This document shows positions 1 through 11,912 of a DNA stretch of 38,198 nt, one piece after another. Numbering within the stretch: the first letter of the stretch is position 1; each line of letters starts with the position of its first letter. Source of the DNA: Octopus bimaculoides (lineage: Eukaryota); contig NC_068992.1 of NCBI RefSeq assembly GCF_001194135.2, positions 61,154,400 to 61,192,597 of the forward strand, read 5' to 3'. The notes under the pieces were generated by a model, which had not been told where the DNA came from, ran no database searches, and saw nothing but the letters and a program-made list of their open reading frames with translations. The translations under genes and the position numbers were made by a program.

Positions 1-209
1 GGATGAAATTTACGTACACTTAATAATGTTGCGCAAAACAGCCTTCAGACTTTCCTTATTAATTTCATCGTCTTTTGAATTCTGAACATATTTACATCAT
101 AAGGGTTTTTTCATTGTAAGGCTTTCTTTTTTAGTTGATTTTCTCCTAGCAAGATTTATCGTAGATGGCGTAATAAGTCACACCCGGACAAGGTCGGGTT
201 ATAATGGTA

Positions 210-210
<1 letters not shown>
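1..210 (+). mobile_element. Probable Helitron 3' terminus
   Basis: CpG-rich segment ending in hairpin ACCCG-gacaaggt-CGGGT (182-199), then 7 nt and GTAG|T (207-211; CTAG with one mismatch), abutting (TA)n. Confidence 0.4.
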
Positions 211-244
<34 letters not shown>

Positions 245-255
245 GTGTATGTATA

Positions 256-300
<45 letters not shown>
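211..300. repeat. (TA)n microsatellite with interruptions
   Basis: Directly visible. Confidence 0.97.
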
Positions 301-306
<6 letters not shown>

Positions 307-475
307 TATATAAATGCACATACATATTTTTTGGCATTTTATATTTCATGTAAATATGTGAGTATACTAACATGTATAGATATACTTACCTGCATGCAAG
401 GATGTAAATATATACATGCACACACATGCACATGTTTGTGGTTGAAAAACATTTATACATATATATTTTATATAT

Positions 476-511
<36 letters not shown>

Positions 512-856
512 GTATTCACATATTCTTGAATTAATGAAGCTTCTGTTGTGATGTTTCCCCTATCCTAATGAGATCTGACCATTCAGACCTCGTGTGACAG
601 TGAGTTGGTTTTGACAGTTAGAATCTGTGGCTGTTTATCAGCAAACAAATATGAAGCAGCATAAATTATGATTTGAAAGTCTTGGCACTTCTCCATTTTT
701 TTTGCCTTTCCTTTTGAGATTGTTCAGCTGTCTTCATGTATTTAACTTTCATGAGTGAGGTTAATCTCCTACATAAATACATAGTCTTGTATCTATATGA
801 GATTCAAGGCATTTGATTTTCCACTGTGCTCTACTGTTGAAAGAGGAGAGATATAT

Positions 857-1301
857 CATCATCATCATCATTATTATCGTTTAATGGCCTCTTTTTGAGA
901 CTTGCATGGTTCAGATGGAATTTGTTGCAGCAGATTTTCTACAGCTGGAAGCCCTTCCTGTTACTAACCTACATCTGTTTCCAAGCAAGGTAATATCTCC
1001 ACATGGTCAGACAGGGTTTTCACAGAAGACTGGAAATGAACAACATTGCTTGTATGATGGTGATGCTCATTTACAACCGTCAAGGGATGTCAAGACAAGG
1101 GTACCCACGAACACCCCCCACACACACACACACACACACACACAAACATATGATGAGCTTCCTTCAGTTTCCATTTACCAAATCCACTCACAAGGCTTTG
1201 TTTGGCCCAGGGCTATAGAAGATACTTGCCCAAAATACTATGCAGTGGGATTGAACCCTACCTCCACATCACTGGGAAGCAAGCTTCTTACCCAAATAGC
1301 C
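857..1301 (-). mobile_element. tRNA-derived SINE, family B head + (TG)n + long tail ending in (ATG)n
   Basis: Head homologous to 3033-3183, 7700-7885 and 20218-20375; tail homologous to 30019-30270 and 30780-30958. Confidence 0.8.
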
Positions 1302-2454
1302 ATTATTATAAAATAATAATAAAAGTAAAACTCCAGACAAAGAAAAAACATTTTGGAATTTGTCATCAAAAAGAAGCTATTTGTACAAATTATTTAAGAA
1401 TCTTGGAAAAAGAAAAGATAAATTTTAAAAAAAGACTATATAGTAAACTTTGATCTGGATAAAAATAAACCAGAATCCATTAATATGGAAGGTCGTCTTG
1501 CTAAAAATAAGATGCCAGTTCAAAGGCAGAATGTATAAATACTGAAAGAACCTTTTAATTTGTTTGAAATGCCCTTCTACACACACACACAAAAAAAGCT
1601 GCTTTGCAGGGTTTGTCTAACAATAGTAAAATGTTTAAAGATATTTTGGATTTTGAAATGTTATTCGGAGATTTAAGGCACAACAGTATCATTGTTTGTG
1701 CTACTGTTGTATGGATACTTACTGTGTTCATCTCATTTCATATTATTAAGATATTGTAATTTAGATTGCTCAAAGCTCTACTAATACTAGGCTCTTCTTC
1801 TGTTCTCAAAATAACCTTTTGTTTCCTATGTACCTTGTCTTTCTTAGTCTTAAACTGAATTGGAAACAAAAAAAAAAAAAAATGTTTTTACTGGTCTGAT
1901 TGATTTCTTTGATGAACTGAATCTAGTAACCTATTTCCTTGTCAAGGCTAAACTGAAGTAAGCCGCCAGCAGTATCATACCTTTGTTTTACGAATCATTC
2001 CCAAACATTTTCAGGCCACTACAACTTTGTTTGATTCTGTTAATTATTTACAAATAGATTCATCCAAAATTGTTGTAAGAATTAAACAATAAGAGTAATT
2101 ACAACAATTAATTCATCAGAGGACAATAATGACATAATATTAATTAGAATTGTAATTCAATAGCAACCATAAACATATGTTTCTACATATATACAGAGCC
2201 ACTACTTGTGTTACCATCCCCAGATCTTTGACCTATTTTAAAGCATTGTAAATAATAATAATAGATTGCTTAACTTACTGACAACAATAATATTAAAGTT
2301 GACACAAAGAGGATAATTAAATAACTGAAATCTAATTATTGCATGTGGTCAGGGCAGTATGTTTAATAAAAATATACATTCTGCGTATTTATATTGACGT
2401 CATAGGAATTTATAAACTTTTGAGAGAATTTGAAATAATTTTGAAGCACATAGG

Positions 2455-2690
2455 TAAAACTATAAATAATAGCACCTAAATGTTGGGTCAAAAAGCATTT
2501 TGGATAGAACGTCTGTCATATCTACAAGAGATGTGGGTTCAATCCCGATGAGCAGCCTTCAGCTCTTTTTCAATTTAAGAGGTTTTTAACTCAATATTTA
2601 CATGCTGTTCGAAAGCTACAACAATGTGAGGAAGTACATTGTGACTAGAGGTGTATAACAACATCCAATTGTCTGGCCATTGCAGTGGTT
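2455..2690 (+). mobile_element. Degenerate tRNA-derived SINE-like element
   Basis: B-box GGTTCAATCCC at 2536-2546; no intact cloverleaf; no second copy in the window. Confidence 0.3.
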
Positions 2691-2705
2691 TTATATATAT
2701 ATATA

Positions 2706-2754
<49 letters not shown>

Positions 2755-2992
2755 NNNNNNNNNNNNNNNNNNNNNNNNNNNNNNNNNNNNNNNNNNNNNN
2801 NNNNNNNNNNNNNNNNNNNNNNNNNNNNNNNNNNNNNNNNNNNNNNNNNNNNNNNNNNNNNNNNNNNNNNNNNNNNNNNNNNNNNNNNNNNNNNNNNNNN
2901 NNNNNNNNNNNNNNNNNNNNNNNNNNNNNNNNNNNNNNNNNNNNNNNNNNNNNNNNNNNNNNNNNNNNNNNNNNNNNNNNNNNNNNNNNNNN
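2755..2992. other. Assembly gap flanked by (TA)n
   Basis: N run. Confidence 1.
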
Positions 2993-3032
2993 ATATATAT
3001 ATAAATGTACTTACATATGCACATGCATACGT

Positions 3033-3183
3033 ATGATGGGCTCCTTTCACTTTTTGTCCACCAAATCCACTTACAAGGCTTTGGTTGGCCTGGGACTATA
3101 GTAGACACATGCCCAAGGTGCCTGGCAGTGGGATTGAAACCAGAAATGATTGGGAAGCAAACGTCTTGCCACACAGCCATGCC
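3033..3183 (-). mobile_element. Family B SINE head
   Basis: Reverse complement carries B-box-like GGTTTCAATCCC followed by the family motif CAC(C/T)TTGGGCA.GTGTCT.CTACTATAG. Confidence 0.8.
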
Positions 3184-3832
3184 TCTGTCAGTACCACACC
3201 TATTTAATACAGGTACAATTAAACCTGATATGTAGCCAAAAAAGGTTTCCTAACCACACAGCCCCCCCCCTTTTCTCTTTGTTTTTAGCACCTTCTCAAG
3301 TAATACCAAATTCCTGTATCAGAATTTGGTGACAGCTAATTAGGGAATAATTGCTTATTACAAGGTGAAACATTTTATTCAGTGAGTGTAAGCACATTGA
3401 AGCAATAGATATAATCACAAGCTTATCCATTTCTGCTGTCTGTTGAAGTTGACACACTTTTTCTAATGTATTCACTGAAGTGTGACTGTGCATATAGTGA
3501 AAGCCAATTTGAAGACTTCTTCTTATATTGATCTGTGAGCATTGATATTTTCACAGCAGGGTGGAGTGGTGGGGTTAGGGGTTTGTTATTTCACTGATAA
3601 GTATATATTGGAAATCAAATCGTTATTACTCATTCAAGTTATGCTTCCTGATCTTTTCCTATTTTCTTAAATGTGATCCATTTAACATCATCACGATCCA
3701 TGAACTCTTTCAACACCTGGCTTATTAATCTTTTGCATTATGATGCATGTATGCACACAGACACATGCGTGTGTTACATATACATATGTGTATATGTATG
3801 TCTGCTTATCTAATTGTGTATCTATTTGGTGT

Positions 3833-3834
<2 letters not shown>

Positions 3835-3918
<84 letters not shown>

Positions 3919-3980
3919 CATTCACACACACACACACATGCACACACATAAATTACGTGTGTGTGTGTGTGTGTGTGTGT
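3835..3980. repeat. Compound microsatellite (GT)n-(TA)n-(CA)n-(GT)n
   Basis: Directly visible. Confidence 0.95.
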
Positions 3981-4479
3981 GAAATAATGCAATTATGAAT
4001 ATTTTCAATATCGTTATTCTCCATTTAACTGTTGAATAGGAGAAACCGAGGAATTATAAACACATTTATTTTGGAATTATTTTGGAATTTTAGCAAATGA
4101 AAAACTCATGGAATGTTTTGCTTTCTCTCAGCATGATGCCTTATTATAAAACAACGTGAACAGAATGAAATATTTCTAACCAGGTATCAAATCTAAGATA
4201 GCTAGTCAGCCTACTAGAGTTTAGATGCTTTTATACGACAGATATGTCCTACTGAAGAAGGAGTAAGAAGGCAGGAGAGGAAAAGTTTTAAGATATGGGC
4301 AAATGAAAATGTTTCAGACTTGGAAATGTATGTACAGTTTAGTCAATACTGCATCAATGAGAAACAAATTGTTAAAAACATTGGATTGTTGAGAAAGAAA
4401 CTGAAGAAAAATTATGAGTGTTCAACTGTTGGTGAATGACCTTCAATCATAATTTGTTCATAGTGATCAAATGTATGTG

Positions 4480-4684
4480 CTGTACATTAGCTCGCTCCTT
4501 CCATCAAATTGACATTGATTGAATGAGTGCATGGTGTACCATGTGTCAGGTGTTGGCTTTATCGCAGAGCAATGTGTGATGAAGTGTTTTGCTCAAGAAC
4601 ACAACACACCACCTGGTCTAGGAACTGAAACCACAATCTTGCAATCGTGAGTGCAACGCCCTAACCACTAAGCCATGTGTCTTC
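4480..4684 (-). mobile_element. Family E tRNA-derived SINE
   Basis: Reverse complement starts catggcttagtggttagggcgttgcactcacg and contains TGTGTTCTTGAGCAAAACACTTCA, as at 28457 and 37466. Confidence 0.8.
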
Positions 4685-4894
4685 ACACATACATACACAC
4701 GACAAACATAAATGTATAGACACACATATATCTATATGTACATATACACACACCCCCTCATGCACATATTTGTGTGTTTGTTCCCCTGTGTGTGTCTTCA
4801 CATTGACACCATTGGAACAACAGTACCATATATGTTTCATATAAGTAAAAAGTCCAGTTAAAGTTCAATGGACATAGGTGTAATCTATCTTAAT

Positions 4895-5001
4895 TGGAAA
4901 ACAGGTAAGCATTCGCATCAGGAAGGGCATCTGGCTAGAAAATGACAAATGTCGTCTGACCCATGTCAGCATGGAAAAATTGGATATAAAATCAATGATG
5001 T
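4895..5001 (+). mobile_element. Family C 3' tail fragment
   Basis: ggaagggcatctggctagaaaa...ccatgtcagcatggaaaa...aatgatg, shared with 27250-27388 and 34650-34787. Confidence 0.65.
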
Positions 5002-6370
5002 GATTTAACTGTCAGTGTAAGCTCTTATATATCATAACATTTCAATGTACATATGTGACATTTCATATGTAAATGTAAACAGATGAGTTTAAAAAATTTT
5101 TTTTTTAAGATGATTACCTTTTTACATGATAAAATCAAATAGTATATTCAGTTTTGAAATTCCATTGTTAGCAGGGACTAGTTCTGTGGTTTTCTTTGAA
5201 TTGCCTAATCAGATGGAAGAATAAGCAGTGCATATGACCTTTACAGACCCTCCAAGATAGGTGAAATCAATATAGTAAATGTTTAGGCTGAATATATTGT
5301 TAATGAGAAATAATATTTAATGTGAATGGGGAAGAAGGTTTGACTGAAATGCAGTATGAGTGACTAAAGGAGAAGAGATAGTGTGTCAGGTAGACCTTTT
5401 TATGGGTGTGATATATAAGCTAGTTCAGAAGAGCTGAGACCATTGTAGTAGTAGTAGTCAAGAGGAGACAGTACATCATTAAACAGAGTTATACATTTCT
5501 AAGTAACTTCAGTATTTACCCCTTGCTGCATTGCTCTAACATCACTAAAATGAAATTTTATAAAAAAGAGACAAATGTCTTTTCTCCTTCATAATATGAG
5601 ATTATCACACCTAGATCAACTTGCATCATGTCTGCTCCAGAAAAGCTGGTCTGAGATGAACAACAGTAACTGTATAATAGGAATACAAAAACTCATTTAA
5701 AGAGAGACTGACATACATTAAAATGTATTTGCTTATACTCTTGTATGCAATATAATTTAACTCTATTGTTGTTGCATTTTATCTTAAATTTCATGCTGTT
5801 TCCATTGTAGCTTCACTTGAGCCATTCTGATAACATTGTTAATTATAGGATATTAGAGCATGCATTATAAAATCAGTATACTCTTCTTAATTAAGGTGTA
5901 TCATATAGTTACTAATTAAATTTGTATGATACTCCAAATCTAATTAGTTAACTTATTTTGCTGCAAAGCAAGTCCTGCAGCTTGGTTGATTGCATGTTGC
6001 ATAGCTACTAGTCACTAGTTTAATCATTGCACTTTCATAGAGATTTTACTAGTAAGACTTGTGATATTATCGTCATGAAAATTTTCAAAGTAAAAAAGAG
6101 AAAAGCCTTATTTACTATGAAGGCAATAACAACAATAATAACAGTAATGATCGTCTCTCCTGTCAATTTTGATGTATGAGTTTGAAGGAAAGGATTAAAA
6201 AAGAAGCTGCATCTATTTGCAATGGATGCATAAATGTGATTCCAGGTATGGATTTTGCTATGGTGTCACAAATTATTTAGATGCATTATGACACATTTTG
6301 CACCACTTAGCTGGATCTGGACAATAATTTCCCCAAGATGTTAAATTAAGGTGTGAGGATTTAATAATAT

Positions 6371-7008
6371 TCCTTTTTAGTATAGACACAAGGACTGAAA
6401 TTTTGGAGAAGAGAATAATTGATTACAATGACCCTAGTATTCCACTAGTATTTTTTTTATTGACTATGAATGGATGTAAGGCAAAGTTGACCTTGGAATT
6501 TGAACTTGGAATGATGGATTAAATGCCATTAAGCATTTTGCAGCTCACCACCATTATTAATGATAATGATTGCTTGAAATTTTGACACAAGGCCAGCAAT
6601 TTTTTAGGAGAGAGGCTAGTTGAGTAGACCAAACCCAGAACTTGGCTGATATGTATGCAGTTGACTCCAAAAGGACAAAAGTAAAGTTGATCCCGATGAG
6701 ATTTGAACTCAGAACATAAAGAGCCAGAAGAATTATTTACTACTATATATTTTGTCCAGTGTGCTAGCAATTCTGCCAGCTCCCCACTTTGATAATAATG
6801 GTTTCAAATTTTGTACAAGGCCAGCAAGTTTTGGGGTGGTGACAAGTCGAGTACATTGACTTCAGTACCCAGCTTTTATTTATTTTCTCAACCCTGAAAG
6901 GATAAAAGGCAAAGTTGACTTTGACAGAATTTGAACAGAGATTGTATTGACACGAAATGTTGCTAAGCATTTTGCCCAGTGTGCTAGCGATTTTGCCAGC
7001 TTGCTGCT
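6371..7008 (-). mobile_element. Three head-to-tail family A SINEs (about 6371-6552, 6572-6787, 6801-7008)
   Basis: Each carries the reverse complement of GAGTTCAAAT...GACTTTGCCTTT.ATCC; copies are separated by (TAA)n/(TGA) spacers. Confidence 0.85.
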
Positions 7009-7012
7009 TTAA

Positions 7013-7330
7013 CGCATAAAGTGCGACGGGCCATGATTGTGGCTGTCAGGCACAGGTCGACAAGCCACGATCGTGGCTCAGATAGATGCATTTAATTTAT
7101 GGGCATTTGTTGGGGTCTAATGTCACTCAAACGCTCTGATAGCCACCAGAATGCAAGAGGACTAATAGTTCAACTAATGACTTTTCAGATGAGGTAAAAC
7201 TTGCCACCATCATACACTAAGAAGATATTTTAACTATTTTTTATTTTTTATGTGTCCATGGTAGTCTTATTTTCATAAAATGTGCTCAGCAGTCCATACT
7301 ATGTTAGAGCAAATCCCAGCACTTTATGGG
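7013..7330. mobile_element. Non-autonomous piggyBac-type MITE, 318 bp
   Basis: TTAA on both sides (7009-7012, 7331-7334); 12-bp TIRs CGCATAAAGTGC / GCACTTTATGGG (1 mismatch); subterminal palindrome repeated twice. Confidence 0.75.
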
Positions 7331-7507
7331 TTAATAATAACAACAAAAGCAATTGTTTCTTGCATTGGTACAAGCCCTTGATATTGGAGGAAGAAATTAT
7401 CTTTTATTCTTTATTTTATTGACCCTGGATGGATAGAAAAAAAAAGCAAGGTTGTTTATTTTTAGATAGTTTCTATAATTTGTTAATAAACTGAGATTTA
7501 GTTGTTT

Positions 7508-7885
7508 ATCTTTTATGTGTTTCAGTCGTTGCACTGTGGCCATGCTGGGGCACTGCCTTGAAGGGTTTAGTTGAACAAATCTGCATCATTACTTATTTTA
7601 AGCTTGGTACTTGCTCTATAAATATTTTTCTGCCAAACTACTAAGGTACAGGGATGTAAACATCCCAGCACCGGTTGTCAAGTGATGGTGGATACACACA
7701 CACACACACACACACACCATGGCCTTCTTATAGATTTTTCTCTCCTCTACCAAATCCACTCATAAGTCTTTGGGTCGTCCCAGGGTTATAATAGAAGACA
7801 TTTGTGTAAGGTGTCATGCAGTGGGACTGAACCCAAATTATGTAGTTGGGAAGCAAGCTTCTTACCACACAATCATGACTGTGCC
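7508..7885 (-). mobile_element. Near full-length family B SINE with internal (CA)n and tail type 1
   Basis: Head tgtggtaagaagcttgcttcccaac...ggttcagtcccactgc on the reverse strand; tail homologous to 17088-17180, 18357-18440 and 21560-21651. Confidence 0.85.
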
Positions 7886-8006
7886 TATAGATTTGTTTCT
7901 GTAAGTTTTTTTATTTATTTATTTTCTTAACTAGTTATTGGAGTCTTATCCTCCCTTTAGACACTCTCTTGATATTTTTGTTATAGTTCTCACCAGTTAA
8001 CACACG

Positions 8007-8440
8007 TTCCTTTCTACTCTAGGCAAAAGGCTTGAAATTTTGGGGGATGGGGCCAGTCAATTAGATCTGCCCCAGTACGCAACTGGTACTTAATTTATTG
8101 ACCCCGAAAGGATGAAAGGCAAAGTCGACCTCAGTGGAATTTGAACTCAGAACATAAACACAGACGAAATACTGCTAAGCATTTCGCCTGGTGTGCTAAC
8201 ATTTCTTATTTCTTTATTGCCTACAAGGGGCTAAACATAGAGGGGACAAACAAGGACAGACAAAGGGGTTAAGTCGGTTACACCGACTCTAGTGTGTAAC
8301 TGGTACTTAATTTATCGACCCCCGAAAGGATGAAAAGCAAAGTCAACCTCGGCGGAATTTGAACTTAGAACATAATGGCAGACAGAATACCGCTAAGCAT
8401 TTCGCCCGGCGTGCTAACGTTTCTGCCAGCTCCCCGCCTT
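8007..8440 (-). mobile_element. Family A SINE dimer, CpG-rich (young)
   Basis: Two near-identical bodies (about 8075-8200 and 8295-8417) with different 3' tails; junction at ATTTCTT x2 (8201-8214). Confidence 0.9.
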
Positions 8441-9340
8441 CCAATCAACATGTTATCTGTCAAAGGTTATCTTATTCTGATCCCCTTGACATTTATTTGG
8501 TTAGAGTAGATTTTTAGCTAGATTATATTATTTATTTTAAATAGGATTTACTATCTATGAATCAGTAGTATAGTATCTGAGCTTGACTCTTACCTCATTG
8601 TTTATAGCTGAGTAGTCTGAAGAACTTTATTGTGTGTCACTTTCTACCTTTTCTATCTGCAATCCATTAATACCTTTATCATCACAAACCTCTTTCTAAT
8701 AACACCATTATTTGGTCTTTCACCAAAGGATTTCTCCTCTGAAGAGTATTCATTTCTCATTTCCTTTCTCTGGTATTTATTTAGCTTAGGTAGATATCTA
8801 ACCTATTTGAACAGGAAGTGACATGCTATTAAAATACATTAGAGATTCCCTCTACCAATATTTTATGCTTTTTATTTTGGTCTTTTTTTGTTTTAGCTCT
8901 TATTTCATTTTCATAAAATATATATATCTTCTTTGCTTTTTTTTTCTCCCCTTTCCATACCTGAATTGTTTCATTACTTGGAATTTTAAAGTTTATTATG
9001 TTATGTTTACATAGATTCACTAAAAAAAATATATACTTTAACATGTTGGGCAAACCTCTTCAGTTAGAGAATTCTGCTCATGGTAACCTAAATATCTTTC
9101 TTTTTTTTTTATGCTCAGATGCCCTTACTTCTTTTTGAATTCTTGGAATTATATTTACTATTGTTGTAGATTGTAATGACACATACATACACACACTGTC
9201 TAAGAATCCATAGGTCAGAAAAAATATGCACTCATGTATTTGTCAGTAGAATGGGTATATTAATTGAAGTATACAGATCACCTGTAACAGATATATAATA
9301 CTGTACACTTCGATTAATATATATATAATATATATAAATG

Positions 9341-9835
9341 GCAGAGGCATGGCAAGAAGTTTGCTTCTCAACCACTTGGTTTCAGAATTCAGATTCTGTG
9401 AGCAAGTGTTTTCTACTATAGCATTAGGCCAATGAAATCTTTGTGAATAGATTTGGTGGGTAGAAAGAACCTTGCTGTGCACATGTGTATATGTGTGGTT
9501 GGGCAGGTGTGTTGTCTTTGTGTTTCCTTTTCTTGACATTGTGTCACATATGCCTAGACAACACTGACTATCTACTCCCATCAACTCAGTAAGGTAATAA
9601 TTTCATGTTGCAGTTTGTAAGCCAATATTCCTTTAACCTGACTAGTTGATTTTCTTTCATATTACTAAAAGAAATAACCAAAAGTTGGAGGAGAGGCCAA
9701 ATGGTTTAGGAATTTGCTTCACAATCACCAGGTTTTGCATTTGGTTCTGTGTGGCACCTTGGGCAAGTGTCTATTATCATGGCCTTGAGTTATCCCAACT
9801 GTGTGAAAGCCTGTTGGATGGTTTGCATCTAAAAT
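9341..9835 (+). mobile_element. Two family B SINE copies (about 9341-9640 and 9690-9835)
   Basis: caagaagtttgcttctcaaccacttggtttc...gcaagtgttttctactatagc, and ggttctgtgtggcaccttgggcaagtgtcta. Confidence 0.7.
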
Positions 9836-10618
9836 TCAAAGGGTCAGTCTTGATACAAAACACTGTCATGATTCTGTTTAAAGATTACTTAAGGGTACAT
9901 ATGTTTATGGAAGACTCAACTGCATACACTGGAATTCAAAAGTAGTTCTGTTGACTGAACAACTGGAATCAACATGAGAGCTACCACATACTCATGTAGA
10001 GATTTTACAAGACAATGCATTAAAGAAATACATAAGTGGAAATATACTCTTAAATGCTAAACTCAACATGTGCAAGTTTGGAGTATCACTGTTTTTTTAG
10101 GATGGTCTGCCAGATATAAATAACAGTAAAAAACAATGCTTACAATAGAAGACTTAAGTAGTATACTGTATTTTTTTTTAATCCTTATTAATGGAATTAT
10201 TTTTGTGGGAGTTCATTTCATAGACATTGTTATTTTATGATTAAAACAAATAATGAAGTATTTTATTGTTACATTGTCATGGCTTTGAAAGAAAATGAAA
10301 GTCAAATAGGAAGGGCAAGAAAAAAAAATTCAAATCTGAAGTGGTTTATTCAATAGTTATATTTCTATAATTAGAACAACTATATTTCCAATGTTAAAAG
10401 TAGCAAAAAAAAAAAAAAAATCTACTCTAAATGTTTGCCTTTATTGTAAAGTAACTTTTTTTTTCTAGTGTGTGTGTGTGTGTGTGTGTGTGGTACTATT
10501 CATCAACTTTCAGAGTCTTTGTAAATGTCCATCTCATGAATAGTGAAGTTTACTTTTATAGTCTTTTAATAATGAAGTTTCTGTTCCAGAAAATATGAAA
10601 AACTACTATGAAATATAT

Positions 10619-10819
10619 NNNNNNNNNNNNNNNNNNNNNNNNNNNNNNNNNNNNNNNNNNNNNNNNNNNNNNNNNNNNNNNNNNNNNNNNNNNNNNNNNN
10701 NNNNNNNNNNNNNNNNNNNNNNNNNNNNNNNNNNNNNNNNNNNNNNNNNNNNNNNNNNNNNNNNNNNNNNNNNNNNNNNNNNNNNNNNNNNNNNNNNNNN
10801 NNNNNNNNNNNNNNNNNNN
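10619..10819. other. Assembly gap
   Basis: N run. Confidence 1.
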
Positions 10820-10967
10820 ACGTTTGAGATTATTTCTATTCAGTTTTGGATAGTGGGAACATTTATTTCAAAGAATTCTCTATGTGATTTATTAATGAAG
10901 ATAAAAAGTTTACAGATTTTACATACAAGTCAGATTCTATAATTTTCTCAAATTGTGGATAATGAGG

Positions 10968-10998
<31 letters not shown>

Positions 10999-11640
10999 CC
11001 ACATCTAAAATCTATTCAACATTTCTGCACCATTTATAAACATTTTTTTACGAGGTGTGTGTTAATGTTTGTTTTTATGACGAGTTATAAAAACACAATT
11101 TAACATTAAACTGAAGAAATACTCGACAGATTACATATTTAGTACACTTTTATAAGAAGAGGAGTGACAGTAATTCCAGCAAAAGCTCGTAAGTTGAATC
11201 ATCAAAGTCACATCACCCTGCTTGTAAATGTATAATAAATATATGTATGTATAGAGAAGGGGCTTAGATTTCTTTTACAAAATAATGTTCTGGTAATTTT
11301 TTTTGTTACTGCAGTATATCTTGTATCTCATATACCTGCCTCCTTCCACCATAAAGGTCCCAAACAAAGCAAAAGACGTTCTTTAATGAGATGTTGCAGA
11401 TTTTCCAACTTACCATTTATTTAAAATTCATTAAAGAAAATAAAAGCTCTTCAGAATCTGTGTCTGTATGGTAAATATTGAAAAGAATGCAGCCACACTA
11501 TCTAAAATTACTTATTCTAAACAAAACTTTCAATAATTTTGTCAAAGAAAATTAAATGATTTCTTTGATGATAGTTCCTCCAGCTTGGCTATAAATTGAA
11601 ATAGCTAAAACATTTCTGATATAACAATGTAATATATGTA

Positions 11641-11677
<37 letters not shown>

Positions 11678-11749
11678 TTAGGGAAAATAACCAATTTTCA
11701 AGAACTCATCGATGAAAATCCACTATCACATATAGAAAAATTAATAATT

Positions 11750-11912
11750 AAAAGCACAATAAATGAGTATAATATAAAGTAAAGTAAATATCATAAGATA
11801 AATATAATATTTATTATATTATATTTATTATATTTATTATATTTATTATATTTATTATATTTATCTTATGATATTTACTTTACTTTATATTATACTCATT
11901 TATTGTGCTTTT
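11750..11912. repeat. Perfect 60-bp inverted repeat with a 43-nt (ATATTTATT)n-like spacer, ending at a gap
   Basis: 11750-11809 is the exact reverse complement of 11853-11912. Confidence 0.92.

Noticed and set aside
906-1316. 136-aa ORF
   Set aside because: Lies wholly within a SINE whose other copies do not keep the frame.
2480-2575. tRNA gene (B-box plus T-run)
   Set aside because: No acceptor stem and the T-stem does not pair; more likely a SINE relic.
3558-3582. G-rich stretch as a possible G-quadruplex
   Set aside because: Only three runs of three or more G.
4132-4183. Exon-like segment with a strong acceptor
   Set aside because: Stops in all three frames and a weak donor (GTATCA).
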